The position numbers and the translations under genes were made by a program. A stretch of 64,000 bases of DNA from positions 15,798-79,797 of the forward strand of contig NW_003314399.1 of NCBI RefSeq assembly GCF_000143415.4, written 5' to 3'. The notes under the pieces were generated by a model. It did no database searches, had not been told where the DNA came from, and was given only the letters and a program-made list of their open reading frames with translations. Source of the stretch: Selaginella moellendorffii. Taxonomy: Eukaryota; Plantae; Lycopodiophyta. This document shows, piece by piece, positions 23,106 to 34,710 of the stretch; within the stretch, counting starts at the first letter, position 1; the number at the start of each line of letters is the position of its first letter.

Positions 23106-25118
23106 ATGGAAGCCCGTGTTGCTGGGAGCCTCAGCTTTGCCGTGAGAAGATTAGCACAGCACAGGAACGCTACTGTTGTCAGCTTTCGCTACGTCCCTCC
23201 ACACAACTCCGGATATCGAGCTCTTCCCAGTTTGCTCGATTGTCTTGTGTCTTCTAATGGTGGAAGGGATAAGCAGCAGCAGCAGCAGCAGCAGCAACAT
23301 GGATATAGAGTCGAGCTTCGTAGAGTAGACCAGGGAAGATTTCGTGTCCCTCATGGCTTCAAGGATGGAGCTGCTGCTCGGCTCCCGCCATTGTTATTTT
23401 TCTCCTCCGATGCTTCTTCCAGAAATGATAGGAAGGTGGCGAGTGAGGAAGAGAAAGAAAAGGCGAGGAAGTGGCGCAAGAGGCTTGTGGCATCAGTGGA
23501 AGAACTCCAAGTTAGTGACGATCCTTTGCCGGATAAGTTGGAGAAGAAGACCCTTCTGCAAAAGACATGGAATCTGCTTGTGAGGATCGGTTCGGGACTG
23601 AGAAACATGGCTTCGATGAGCAGGCAAGGTTTTTTGTTAGTGCTAGTTCCTTGATTTTCTTAATAGTTTGCTTACTCCAGAGAGGACTGGGCAAAGTGGC
23701 TCAAGAAAGCAAAGACGACTGTGTGGCTGGAGTTGCAACATTATTGGGTTGGAAGTAAGTTGCTATGGGCGGAGATCCGGATTTCCACCAGGCTTCTCGT
23801 CCAGCTCTCGGGTGGTAAGAAGCTAAGCCGAAGAGAACAGCTCCAACTAAGGCGGACAGCAGGAGACATTGCTCGTTTAGTCCCGTTCATAATTATCGTC
23901 ATCGTGCCCTTCATGGAGTTCTTACTGCCAGTTCTTCTCAAGGTCTTCCCCAACATGCTACCATCAACATTCCAGGACAAGTTGAAGCAGGAGGTCCGTT
24001 TTATATCTTTTGCGCCAACGTACAATCAGTCTAGTTCTGTTTTTTCAGGCGGAGTTGACAAAACGATTGGAAACACGGCTTCGCCACGCGAAAGGCTTAA
24101 AGAATGCGTTACTGGAAATGGTGGACGAGCTCAAATCCAAACGGGGAGAAGATATTCAGAAAACCGCCAAAAATCTTGACGACTTTATGACCAAGGTCCT
24201 CGCGAATAATATTTTTTGTCATCTGGTTTTATGGAACATGCTTTGTCTCTGGCAGGTCCGCACTGGACAAAACATAAAAAACGCGGACATACTGGGATTT
24301 GCAAAGCTCTTCAATGACGAACTGACTTTGGACAACATCAGCAGGTCTGAGCCGTGATTTTCCTGCACCAAAGGTTTAAACGTTTTCCTTGTAAACGCAG
24401 GCCGCGATTGATAAGCATGTGTAAATACATGGGCTTACGACCATTTGGGACGGATGCGTATCTGCGCTACACTCTTCGCAAAAAACTGGCATGGTAAGAG
24501 CTAGCAGTAGCTTCAAGCTTACGCAGTGTAGCTCCTTACTTCCAGGATCAAATCCGATGACCGGCTAATCAGAATGGAAGGAATAGACTCACTTTCGGAA
24601 CCCGAGCTTCGAGCTGCTTGCCGGGAACGAGGAATGCTTGTTTCTTTGACACCACAAGAGATGAAAGCACAGGTAAAGTCTCTATTTTTCTTAAGAAAAC
24701 TGCGTCTTAAGTTTGAAGAGAGCTTTCTGCAGCTAAGCAACTGGCTTGATTTGTCACTAGATCACTCAGTACCATCCTCGCTCCTCATCTTGTCCAGGTA
24801 AAAACTTTACCTTTCGTTTCCGGCTGTGTCATTGTTTTTTCTTGCAGGGCGTTCGTCCCGGACAAACTAAAACCGGCAGAAGCTGTCCAAGCGACACTGT
24901 CATCGCTTCCAGACGAAGTGGTGGACTCGGTCGGTGTCACAGTGCTGCCCAGCGAGGACACGCTTGAGGAGCGCCGGCGCAAACTGGAATTTCTAAAGCA
25001 GCAGGAAGAGCTCATCAAGGTATTTTCCCACAAGAACATCTCTGCAAAACCTCTACCACCGCTCGCTTTCCAGCAAGAGCAAACGCCACCAGCAAGAACG
25101 CCTGAGAAGCCCAAGTAG
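23106..25118 (+). CDS. LETM1: LETM1-like mitochondrial inner-membrane protein, multi-exon, short C-terminus
   Basis: QHYWVGSKLLWAEIRIS, LSRREQLQLRRT, RLVPFIIIVIVPFMEFLLPVLLKVFPNMLPSTF, FNDELTLDNISRPRLISMCKYM, EGIDSLSEPELRAACRERGM. Confidence 0.93.
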
Positions 25119-25327
25119 CTGATCCGTCGAGTTTTCAGGCAACTTGATGGCTATTGTTTCAAAACATCCGACTGACTTCTTACACATTTTTGCAGGAAAG
25201 TCTTACTTCAAAGCCAAGGAAGTGATTGAGGTGGTTCTCTCTGAAATTCATAAACAACAAAGAGGAAAAACTATCACGAATCTTGATATCTTACATAAAC
25301 ACCTCCAAATGTTACAGCTTGCTGCCA

Positions 25328-25897
25328 CTACCACTCGCTCTCGCGCGTCACGTATTGGAACAAGATGACGGTGCTCGTCAAAATAATGAAAGACGAGTAA
25401 GCGAGAAACATGGCGCCGATCTCTATCAACATCGCATGGCGCAAAATGGCCGGAATCGCAATGCTTCCCACGGTTGAAAATCCCGTCAGGAACTTTGCAG
25501 CATCAGCCCAGCTATAACAGTCCAGGTAAGCTCTCTAGAGAGGAAGAAAAAAAGAGAAGCTTACTCTCCAGTAGCATCGCCGACAGATAGAAGCGACTCG
25601 GACGAAGAGCTTCCGAAGAACAAGCAAGGCATTGGAACCATCACGTACATGAGAGCTGGAGAAGAAGAATCAAAGCAAAGAACTTCCAAAGTTGATCGAG
25701 GTACCTGTGAGCATTGGCCACCAATTGCTGTACAAGGCACAAGCCTGTGAAAGAAAACGAGTTTTAATCCACCAGAGAGAAATCTTCCATCTACTCACCA
25801 GGATTTGCATCATAATTCCCACAGAAAACATGAACGCCAGTCCAGCAAGCCTACAGGGGTGCAAGCACGCGAGAAAATAAGCTGAAGTGTCTGCCAT
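25328..25897 (-). CDS. VPS55: Vacuolar protein sorting 55 (VPS55/LEPROT-like), multi-exon
   Basis: GIMMQILACALYSNWWPML, MYVMVPMPCLFFG, WADAAKFLTGFSTVGSIAIPAILRH. Confidence 0.9.
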
Positions 25898-26261
25898 TGT
25901 GCCCGTGAGAACAACACTCACACTGCTCTCGGCGACGCCGAATCAATCGCCATCGCCAGTGCCACAGCGCGCAAGAATCCGTGCTATAATCTTAGCTACA
26001 TGACCAGGGATGGAATCTCAAATCGCCAAACCTTCGATCGTCATCGCCATAGCAGGAGCTCTCCAAGTAATAGTGAAAGAAACCCTAGAGAGGAAGGAGA
26101 GAGAGGGGTTTGGGATCGAACACGCGACGTCCACGTGTACGGTAGGGGTTGGAAGGGATTTGCAATATATTCCTTGCGGAGGGCGAGAGAGAGAGGAGCA
26201 AGACGCGCGGACGCCTGGCGCTGGCGTCGATCGATCGATGACGCTCACGGGAGGAGCGGCG

Positions 26262-27755
26262 ATGGAGATCGCAATGCCTGCTGTGAGGAATGCGGCTCAG
26301 GTGAACGCTCTAGGCGCTGGAGTGGGAGAAATCTCCTGCTCCACCTCCTCCTTTTGTAGAATGCAGCAGCGCAGGGAGAAATCTCCATCTCTTGCATGGC
26401 GTGGGAGGCGAGCTATAGCCTCCGCGATCGATCTAAGGTCCGATTCGGCTGTGAGCAGCAACGGCGTCGCAGCTGCGACGCTGATCCCAACGCCGACCAA
26501 GGATCTCAGCAGCGGTGCCAGCGATGATCCACCTTTCGGGATTCTCTACAGTGAGAATTTTACTATACGCTGTTACGAGGTGGGCACGAACAAGAAGGCG
26601 TCCATCCAGACCATCGCAAATCTTCTCCAGGTATGGAAATTCTTTCCTTTCTTCGCTTGTCAAGAGCTTTTTGAGAATTTTAGGAGGTGGCTTGTAACCA
26701 AGTGAGAACACTTGGATTTTCCACGGATGGATTCGCGACAACTTTATCGATGCGAAAGCATCATCTCATCTGGGTGACTGTTCGCATGCACATCGAAATG
26801 GACGATTATCCAAACTGGTTGGTAAAACTGCGTGCTTTGTTTTTCTTTTCTGTGACAGAGCTTTTGATCTTACAGGGGTGACGCCGTGCAAGCCCAAACA
26901 TGGTTCCAGGAGAATAGAAATGGGACCCGACGCGATTGGCTGTTAAAGGATGTCAATACCGGGTTGACACTCGGTCGAGCTACCAGGTTTGTCTTTTTGC
27001 AGTATCGATTCTTTGTTATAGCGAAACGGTTTTTCTTTCTTTTTTTTCCCTTTTTGTTGTTGTGCAGCACCTGGGTGATGATGAATCAAGAAACAAGGCG
27101 ATTTGCAAGAATAAATGAAGAGATCAGGGGAGAATATCACCAATACGCGTTAGATCCTCCAAGGTCGGGATTCAGCTGTTTATGTCGCAAGCGTGACGCC
27201 GTTCGTATGTTGTTTCTGCATTTTAGATTTTCGTTCCCAGAAGATCATGCCACATACAAGAAGCACCAACTGGCGAAACTGGAAAACGCAGAGCATCATA
27301 TCACCGGGCTCAAGGTAAATCGTGTCTTGTCGTGGTGCTATCTTAAACGTTGCTGCTTTGAGGCTTTAAACTCTCCATAATGCAGCCGAGACGGGCGGAT
27401 CTCGACATGAATCAACATGTGAACAACGTGGCGTACATAGGCTGGATGATGGAGGTACTAGAATCACATTTCTCGTGCTCTAGCAGATCTACTAATCCTT
27501 ACAAAATCCTAGAGCCTCCCGGCTGACATCGCAAACAGCCACGAGCTCCGCGGGATCATCCTGGAATTCAAGCAGGAGTGCAAGCACGACGACTGCGTGG
27601 AATCGATGGCAGCTAAATTCTCTCCAGCGGACCAATCCGGCGACGAAGAACACCAGTTTTTGCATCTTCTCAGACTCGATGGCAGCAGCCGAGAGATCAA
27701 CCGAGGCTGGACTCACTGGGTGAAAGCCAAAGAAAGTTCACAGCAGGGAGCTTGA
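26262..27755 (+). CDS. FATA: Plastid acyl-ACP thioesterase (FatA-like), multi-exon
   Basis: Transit peptide; ENFTIRCYEVGTNKKASIQTIANLLQE, GFSTDGFATT, TRRDW, WVMMNQETRR, PRRADLDMNQHVNNV. Start 26262 or 26238. Confidence 0.93.
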
Positions 27756-28545
27756 CAGGGAGCTTGACTTCTGTGAAGTTTTGCGAGGGTTTGGAGGTTA
27801 AAAGGTAACCTCGTTTCTAAGATTCTATAGTCACATCCTTCCTCGCTCTGTGCTCTTCCAGATCACAGGTACTTGATCGATACGTAAAAAAGACACAAAG
27901 GAACCACCAATAAAAAGTCAAACGCTACGAACGATATATACACTTCGTCCAATCAATCAACCATCCTTCACAGTTTTGAGCTAAAGTAAAGAATCTCGTA
28001 AACTCTTGACTTGATCAGCCCAGCTGAAAATCCGGGTCGATTGCGTCATGATTAGGATGGGCGCTCCAAAATGTGTGTCGTGGTTGGCTTCATTAATAAC
28101 ATCTCGGCTGGCTGCCAGCGGATCTCTCACCCGTTAACGTATAGATACCCAAGAATATCACCGGAATCTCGAGAACCTGCCCAGCACTTTGTTTATACAA
28201 TCAAGAAAAAAGGTAGCAAGCTGGTCCTTTCCCTTTCTTTTCAAACGCCCGGCGGTTTCCCGCGCTGCCAAGCGTAGGTGGCGAGATAGTATATCGTATT
28301 AATACGGACGCCTTAAAGGAGATCTCTCGCTTCCCTCTGGAGAGAACTCCCGCAGAGTGGCAGCGCAGCTATAGCTACTGTCCATCAAAACGTTGCTTTC
28401 ATCTCTCCGCCAATGTCGCCGTCGAGCTCTCACTCACTCGGTCGCCGTCGAGAGCGCGCAGAGATTTTAATGAATGCCTCCGCCATGGCTCACAGTCACA
28501 GCAGCACAGAGAAAAGAATCGAAAGGAAAAAGCATGACTTGAGTG

Positions 28546-28643
28546 AGTGCTGCGAGGGAGGCGAGTAGACACTGGGCACAAGTCCTGTGTACTATACTGT
28601 AGCGCAATAGATGAGAGTACACTCGCCTCCACTGGTCAGCAGC
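28546..28643. ncRNA. Candidate pre-miRNA-like imperfect hairpin
   Basis: tgctgcgagggaggcgagtagac pairs with gtacactcgcctccactggtcagca (10 bp perfect core, ~22 bp imperfect stem) in an ORF-poor intergenic region. Confidence 0.35.
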
Positions 28644-29433
28644 AACCAGCTTGAGAGATCACTTCACCCCCTTTTCGCTTTCACGGCTATGAATGCTCCC
28701 TCCCCGGATGGATCAAAGTGGCTGCGTGTCCAGATTCCAAAGCAACGAGACGAAACTGTCGCTGAGAGCGAGTGATCGCCACCGCTGCTGTGGTTACCCC
28801 GTTCCAGTCGAAAGAGCTGCTTCTTTGATCGGGTTGATCGATCGATCGATCTCTTCTTTGCTCGCTAGCTTTTCGTCGCAAATGGCGCACCCGAATTGAT
28901 GGAGAGCTCGCTTGGTTGGCTGCCTGCTGCTATGTGCCAGTTCCAACTTTTCCTTTCTTCTTTTCTCTTGGCCACCACGGACGGACGGACTGCGCCGCTG
29001 CTCGCTCTGGCACCATTTAAGAACGCTTCTCCACGAAACTTTTCTCCTTTTCTTCCTCTCTGTTCCCGGCCCAGGGATGGAAGAAAAGAGGTACCTTGCG
29101 TGCTTGCTTGCTTGCTAATGCCGCTCTAGCTCAGCTCGCTGCGCACTCGCCTCCTTTTTTCTCGCATCGCATCTGTCCGGTCACGAAAAGCAGAGATCAC
29201 CTGGCACACACCACAATGTTTGTGAGCAGCGATGCCACAATTAAAAACATCCAAGCACATGCCATGCCACCCACATTTGCCACGAAAAAAGAAACTATTC
29301 TCTTGAATGAATGATGCCAACGATCCGAGCCCCCATTCATGGCACACGATGCGATAAACAAAAGAAGGAAAAGGCAAGAACACAAAGAAAAAGCAAAAAA
29401 AAAAGAGCAAGAGCTACCTTTGGGGGTGGCTTT

Positions 29434-30330
29434 TCAATCCTCCTCTCCAAGACCAACTAGTCGAGCCGATGACGATCCCAGATCCTGCCAAACATCCGAA
29501 AAGGACTGCTTGATCACCTCGTGGTGCTCGGGCGAATTCAAGCTCAAGTAGCAGAACAAGAGCTCCTCGAGATCGCACCACTGCTGGAGACCCTTCTCCC
29601 GGATCATCTCCAGCATCGAGTCCCGGAAGTCCTGGTAGGGATTGTGGGAGTACTTCACCAGCGGGATGCTGTCCGCCACCACCCCCTTGATCTCCGACGG
29701 CAAGCATGCAGAGAAGCTGTTGTCGTTGTGATTCCTCCTCTTTCTCGCCCAGCCACCGCCGTGGCCGCTGCATGAGCCGGCCAGGTCGAGATCGCAATCG
29801 CCCTCTTCCTCCTCCCCATTCTCTCCCCCTGGATCGGAGCAGCAGTCGGAAGAAGAAGTGGAGCACGCCTCCACGATGTCAAATTCCGCGATATGAGGAT
29901 TCCTGAGCAAAGGGGGAAGAGCGTCGTGATCTTCCTCCTCGCCGCCCTTGTTGGATGATCGCCGCCCTGGATTATTCCCGTCGAGATCACTGCGGCAGCT
30001 AGACATTGAGGAGAAATCCTGGTCCCAGGGAGGCTCCTTCCTGCTCCTGAGATGGTTCTCTATCAGAGACCCTGCTGCTGCGCTAGAGCTACTGCTAATC
30101 TCCTTATCTTTGTCCGAGACACCCATCCTCTGGGGCAATGCTGCTCCAGATTTGGGCGCTCTAGTGGTGGCATTCTTCTCGGCGGCGACTGATCCCCTCA
30201 CCGTCAAATCGTAGCCCCCTCCGCCGCCGCCGCTGCTGCTGTTGCTAGCGCCAGCTCCATCTCTCTTGCCCGCCGCTGTCCCCCGGAGCTTTTGGTACCA
30301 GCTCGACTGCTGCTCGCTTCCTCCTCCCAT
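29434..30330 (-). CDS. OFP: OVATE family protein (transcriptional repressor), single exon
   Basis: C-terminal OVATE domain LVKYSHNPYQDFRDSMLEMI...DLEELLFCYLSLNSPEHHEVIKQSFSDVW; N-terminal SWYQKLR motif. Confidence 0.95.
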   Translation of the reverse strand: MGGGSEQQSSWYQKLRGTAAGKRDGAGASNSSSGGGGGGYDLTVRGSVAAEKNATTRAPKSGAALPQRMGVSDKDKEISSSSSAAAGSLIENHLRSRKEPPWDQDFSSMSSCRSDLDGNNPGRRSSNKGGEEEDHDALPPLLRNPHIAEFDIVEACSTSSSDCCSDPGGENGEEEEGDCDLDLAGSCSGHGGGWARKRRNHNDNSFSACLPSEIKGVVADSIPLVKYSHNPYQDFRDSMLEMIREKGLQQWCDLEELLFCYLSLNSPEHHEVIKQSFSDVWQDLGSSSARLVGLGEED

Positions 30331-31905
30331 GGCCACTGCCGCTTAACGGGAAGGAAAGAGAGAAAGACGAGAAACCCTTAAAGCGTGTGTGTGCTCTCAA
30401 TTCAAGAGCGGAAATTCTTTAAGAGAATATGCTAGAAACCTCATTTAAAATGCTAGGGTTTTCCCTCCTCTTTTAGCGCTTTTCGACTGTGGAATCGAAG
30501 CTTTGAGGATTGGAGTTGTTTGAAGCTGCGTCTCCAAGTCCTGCATACGAGGATGGCCATAGTTCTAGCAAGTTGTATGCTTGGCAGTTTCGCGAGTGAA
30601 ATAAGAATTTGGTCAGCAGGATGCTCGATCTCGGAGCAATATTGACCAGCAGCGAAGATTATGACAGGTTGTGCTTCCGCTCACGCCGTGAACAAGCTAA
30701 GGATTCCCCAGAGTCGTCCATGGTGGAGCAAGAGTTTGAGCAGTAGGTTCAACTCTTCTACAGAGCTTCATTCACCGAGTGAGCTTGTGTTTGCCAGCAT
30801 GGGCTTGCAAGTGCGATTAAGCACCAATTTTGACCACATGGTCAACGTCGGTCAAAAGGAGGCTCAAGGATATATTATAATTTACCTTAGGGCTCATAAT
30901 GAAGTTAGTGGACCAGCAATGTAGTGGAGCTTTTGAGGTAGTTCAGAGGTGGTTGAATGGTGAGGAATTTCAAGAGGTGGCATAACATAATCTAGACTGA
31001 CTAAATCTTTGTCTTTTTGCACCAAATAATAACAACTATTATCACATTGAGCAACAGTCCTCTCCATCTTGGCAAGTTCCTCTTGCTCGAGTTGCTCCTC
31101 TCCACCATGGTGCTCGGCTACATGCCTTGAGGAATCAATTGCCAGTCAACCGTCGTCCGGCAAACTATCCTCCAACGATTGAGCTGCTCCTGGTGGCATC
31201 GCCATACAGGCTCGCTGCAGAGTCCACCTCTTGCACTACTGTTTTGGAAGTCAGACTCCCCCAGAAACAAGACTCTACCACTGGCTTCCATACTTATCAC
31301 ACACACCACGTAGCCCCATGCGCGATCTTTGCCAGCTCTTGCCTCTTGCCCTAGCCTGCGATCCAAGAATTGCTCCCAGCCTACAGTCATTCACCCACTT
31401 CTTGAGAAGCGCATCAAAAGCTCTCTTGATCCAAGATAGCTGCAAAAGAAAAAAGGGCCGGATTGCCTCGTCAAGCAAATAAGCTACAAGATCCCACCGT
31501 GAAGATGCTGCAACCAACCCTCTCCCACGCGACATCATGACCCGCCAAAATTCGCCAGCTCTTGCGCCACTTGCCTCGGCCAACTCTCACCCAGGCAGGA
31601 GAAACAAAGCAAGGTGATGATTGTTGTGGCAATCTTCTCTTCTGGACATAGAACCGTGCACCCCATGCTCATTTACATGGACGGAGCCATATGAACGATT
31701 TAAACGTATTTCAAACCGATTGACCATTTTTCAAAGAACGTGTTTGGCTAAACCTAGAAACTCAACGTATTTCTATTTCAAACCGATTGACCATTTTTCA
31801 AAGCATCTAGATGCATCGCTTCATAACGTATTTCTGATGCTCGGCCTTGTTTCTTCGCGAAAGATTGTTGACTTCGGTGTGATTTAACCCTATCCAGAGT
31901 TTCTC

Positions 31906-34200
31906 ATGCAACACAATGCAAAAATGGTGCTGTTATTGCTATTGCTCCTTTTCCCTGTGATTCTCATAAGCATGAGGTATGAGCTTCCACCTGATTGGTA
32001 TTATCGACGGCAGGCAACAATTATTCGGTTTTTATGAACACCACAGAAGGCCTTGAGGCCAGGGACAAAGATATTGTCAGTGACAATGGGAATTTCTCAC
32101 TTGTATCCTTTATACTTCGGAAACTATTTTGCCCTTGGCGTAGTGTTGGAAAATGCAGCTTCCCTAGTGTTACAAAACTCTGGTGGCAATGTTTCGATTT
32201 TCCCTCATAATTTCTCCTCCCAGCCCAGATTTTCACAACAGGGATGGGCCTAATTAGGAATGACTATGAGACTCAAGCTATTGTCCAAGACGAGGGACTG
32301 TTTTGGATTTCTTCTACTAAACTTCTACAAGAAGGACACTTCCAACACCAAGCAAATCAAGCATGGTGATTTACTTCTACATGTAAGCTCTACCTCAACT
32401 TTTCTTCTGTACACTGGCAGTAATTTGACCCTCTCCAATCATTATCATTAAAATGAATCAAGTACTCAATTTCCAACCCAAGATGCATCAGGAGGGGCAA
32501 CAGGCAGGTCAGTGAAGTCCAGGGCAGGGACAGAAGGCTTGGTGGCAGAAGACCTGGAGAAGTTCAGCCAACTAATGCTTCATGAGATCATCAAAACAGT
32601 TTACTATAATCCATTGGTCTCATACCACAAGACCTTGTGAACAGTTAATGAATGAATGAATGAATTTGATTCAAATGGGAGCATCACATCTTCCAAGTAT
32701 GAAGAAATCAATGGAGAAAAAATATTCAGCTAACGGACTATACAAACTAGATCAAATCATGGCCAGGAAATCCTGCATGTAAGGATTGTTCTCCATATGA
32801 GATCTGCAATACCCACAATGGAAGCTGAAGCTGCTTGAAGGGTGATAACTTTGTCTATCTAATTTTGATTTAAGTTCTTGCTCCAATTTTGAGTTCTCCC
32901 AACACTACATTGTGATGAAACACAAGTTTCCTGGTATTGGATATTATAGAACTGAATTCATGCAACCCAACCAAAGGAATTCCTCTCTAGACAACTGCAC
33001 TAAAGCCTGCTTTTCTATGAATTGTAGCAGCTGTATGTCACTTATTTTCAATGGCGATACCAAGGACTGCTTCTTCATTGACTATGATATATATGGGAGT
33101 TTCTACAGAGATGACACTTATCATCAAAACTCTGAAGCCTCACCATCCACTGACACTTTATATTATAACTCTTACCATGAGTTGCATTTTGATAGTCCTC
33201 TGCTTTCTAGCGGTATGTGCTCTTTCGTTTCATGAGTGCAAGCTCAAGTTCAATCCGGCAAAGGAGATTGAAGCATTGCTGGCTAGTATGCAAGGCCGGT
33301 TGCCCCAGAGATTCTCATATACTGCATTGGATACTGCAACAGAAGGATATAGCACAAAGCTGGGATCTGTTACAAATAGGGGTTTTGAGCGATGGTAGAG
33401 TTGTGGCAGTCAAGAAGCTCGACTACAGTGGAACTCAAGGGGCAAAACAATTTGTGAAAACCGAGATTGCTGGAACTGGAGGCATAAACATTGTCAAACT
33501 TTGTGGCTTTTGCATCGAAGGAGCAACACAGTGGCTGCTGGTGTACGAATTTATGCCCAATGGATCACTCGACAAATGGCTTTTCGAGCAAACTTCAGAG
33601 AATTTATGGCTCAGTTGGCAGCAGAGGATCGACATTGCCCTTGGCACGGCTCAAGGACTTGCGTATCTTCACGAGGAATGCAGGGAGCCCATACTGCACT
33701 TGGACAGCCGGGAGCCCCAAAACATTCTGCTGGACACAGAGTTTGTCGCAAAGGTGGCGGACTTCGGGATGGCCAAGCTGCTTGAGAATTGCAATGAGAC
33801 GCAGGTCATGACGATAATAGGTGGCACTCCAGGCTACATGGCTCCCGAATGGCTCACACATTTCATGGCTACAAAGAGATGCGACGTTTACAGCTATGGA
33901 AAGGTGCTTTTGGAACTAATTGGGGGTCGCAGGAACATTGATCTCTCAAAGGCTGTGAACTCTGGGGACAACACTCAGCCGGAGGAGAGCCGGTTTTTTC
34001 CAACTTGGGGAACCAGGTGGAGAAGGGAAACTTTCTCGATGTGATTGATGAGAGGGTGAGAGCAAGTGCCAGTGAAAACTATCACCAGGCCAAGAAAATG
34101 GTTCCTCTTGCACTGGTGCATTCAAGACAATGTTGATGCTTAGCAGAAGTGTTGCAAGGGCATTTGGATTTGGGTTCTGCTCCTTTGATAGCAAAAGTGG
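31906..34200 (+). pseudogene. G-type lectin S-domain receptor-like kinase pseudogene
   Basis: Signal peptide, DIVSDNGNFSL (bulb-lectin-like), PAN-like CTKACFSMNCSSC, LPQRFSY, VAVKKL, LLVYEFMPNGSLDKWLF, HLDSREPQNILLD, DFG, GTPGYMAPEW; several frameshifts and stops, Gly-loop lost. Confidence 0.88.
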
Positions 34201-34512
34201 CATTTTGTTATATGTTTGAGATTATATAAACATATTATGTAATACAAAAGTTGTGGTGATGAAGACTGAAAGTCATTCTAACTATATAAATGCAGCCACA
34301 TATTTAAAGCAGAAATTACCTCCAAAACAAGTGCTTGGTCACATGGTGAATTCAAGCTTAAGGAGCTCTTCGAGATTGGACCAATTGTGGAGACCCTTCT
34401 CCCAAACACTGGACCTGTGAGATAAAAAGAGGTCCAGCCTCTGGGACAAGTGGTGCAAGTTTGTTAGCTAAAAAGTAACGAATTATCTTGTATTTATCTA
34501 TCTTCCAAATCT

Positions 34513-34578
34513 GCTTTCATAGCTCAGTTTGTTAGAGCACTTGTTTAGTAAGTGGGAGGTCTTGAGTTCAACTCTTAG
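34513..34578 (+). pseudogene. tRNA-Thr(AGT)-derived pseudogene or SINE head
   Basis: GCTTTCATAGCTCAGTTTGTTAGAGCACTTGTTTAGTAAGTGGGAGGTCTTGAGTTCAACTCT matches plant tRNA-Thr(AGT) with mostly C>T changes; 3' acceptor strand missing. Confidence 0.8.
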
Positions 34579-34629
34579 TATATTTATTTTTCCAATGGGG
34601 GTTCAGGCTTTGCTACAAAGAGCCAGTTC

Positions 34630-34703
34630 TTTTGATAGTGGCGGAGAGTGGATTCGTGGCTGCCATTTTTGATAGTGGCGGAGAGTGGATTCGTGGCTGC
34701 CAT
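34630..34703 (+). repeat. 37-bp tandem duplication
   Basis: ttttgatagtggcggagagtggattcgtggctgccat x2. Confidence 0.95.
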
Positions 34704-34710
34704 ATATGAA

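Noticed and set aside
11654-27755. Lipid-metabolism gene cluster (2 AAE + FatA)
   Set aside because: The enzymes target different organelles, unrelated housekeeping genes intervene, and the second AAE is explained by the duplication.
28618-28640. Identification of the hairpin as miR408
   Set aside because: Only loose resemblance with several mismatches and indels; no family can be assigned.
30500-31620. Possible PPR or other gene fragments
   Set aside because: Coding-like composition, but I could not match any motif with confidence.
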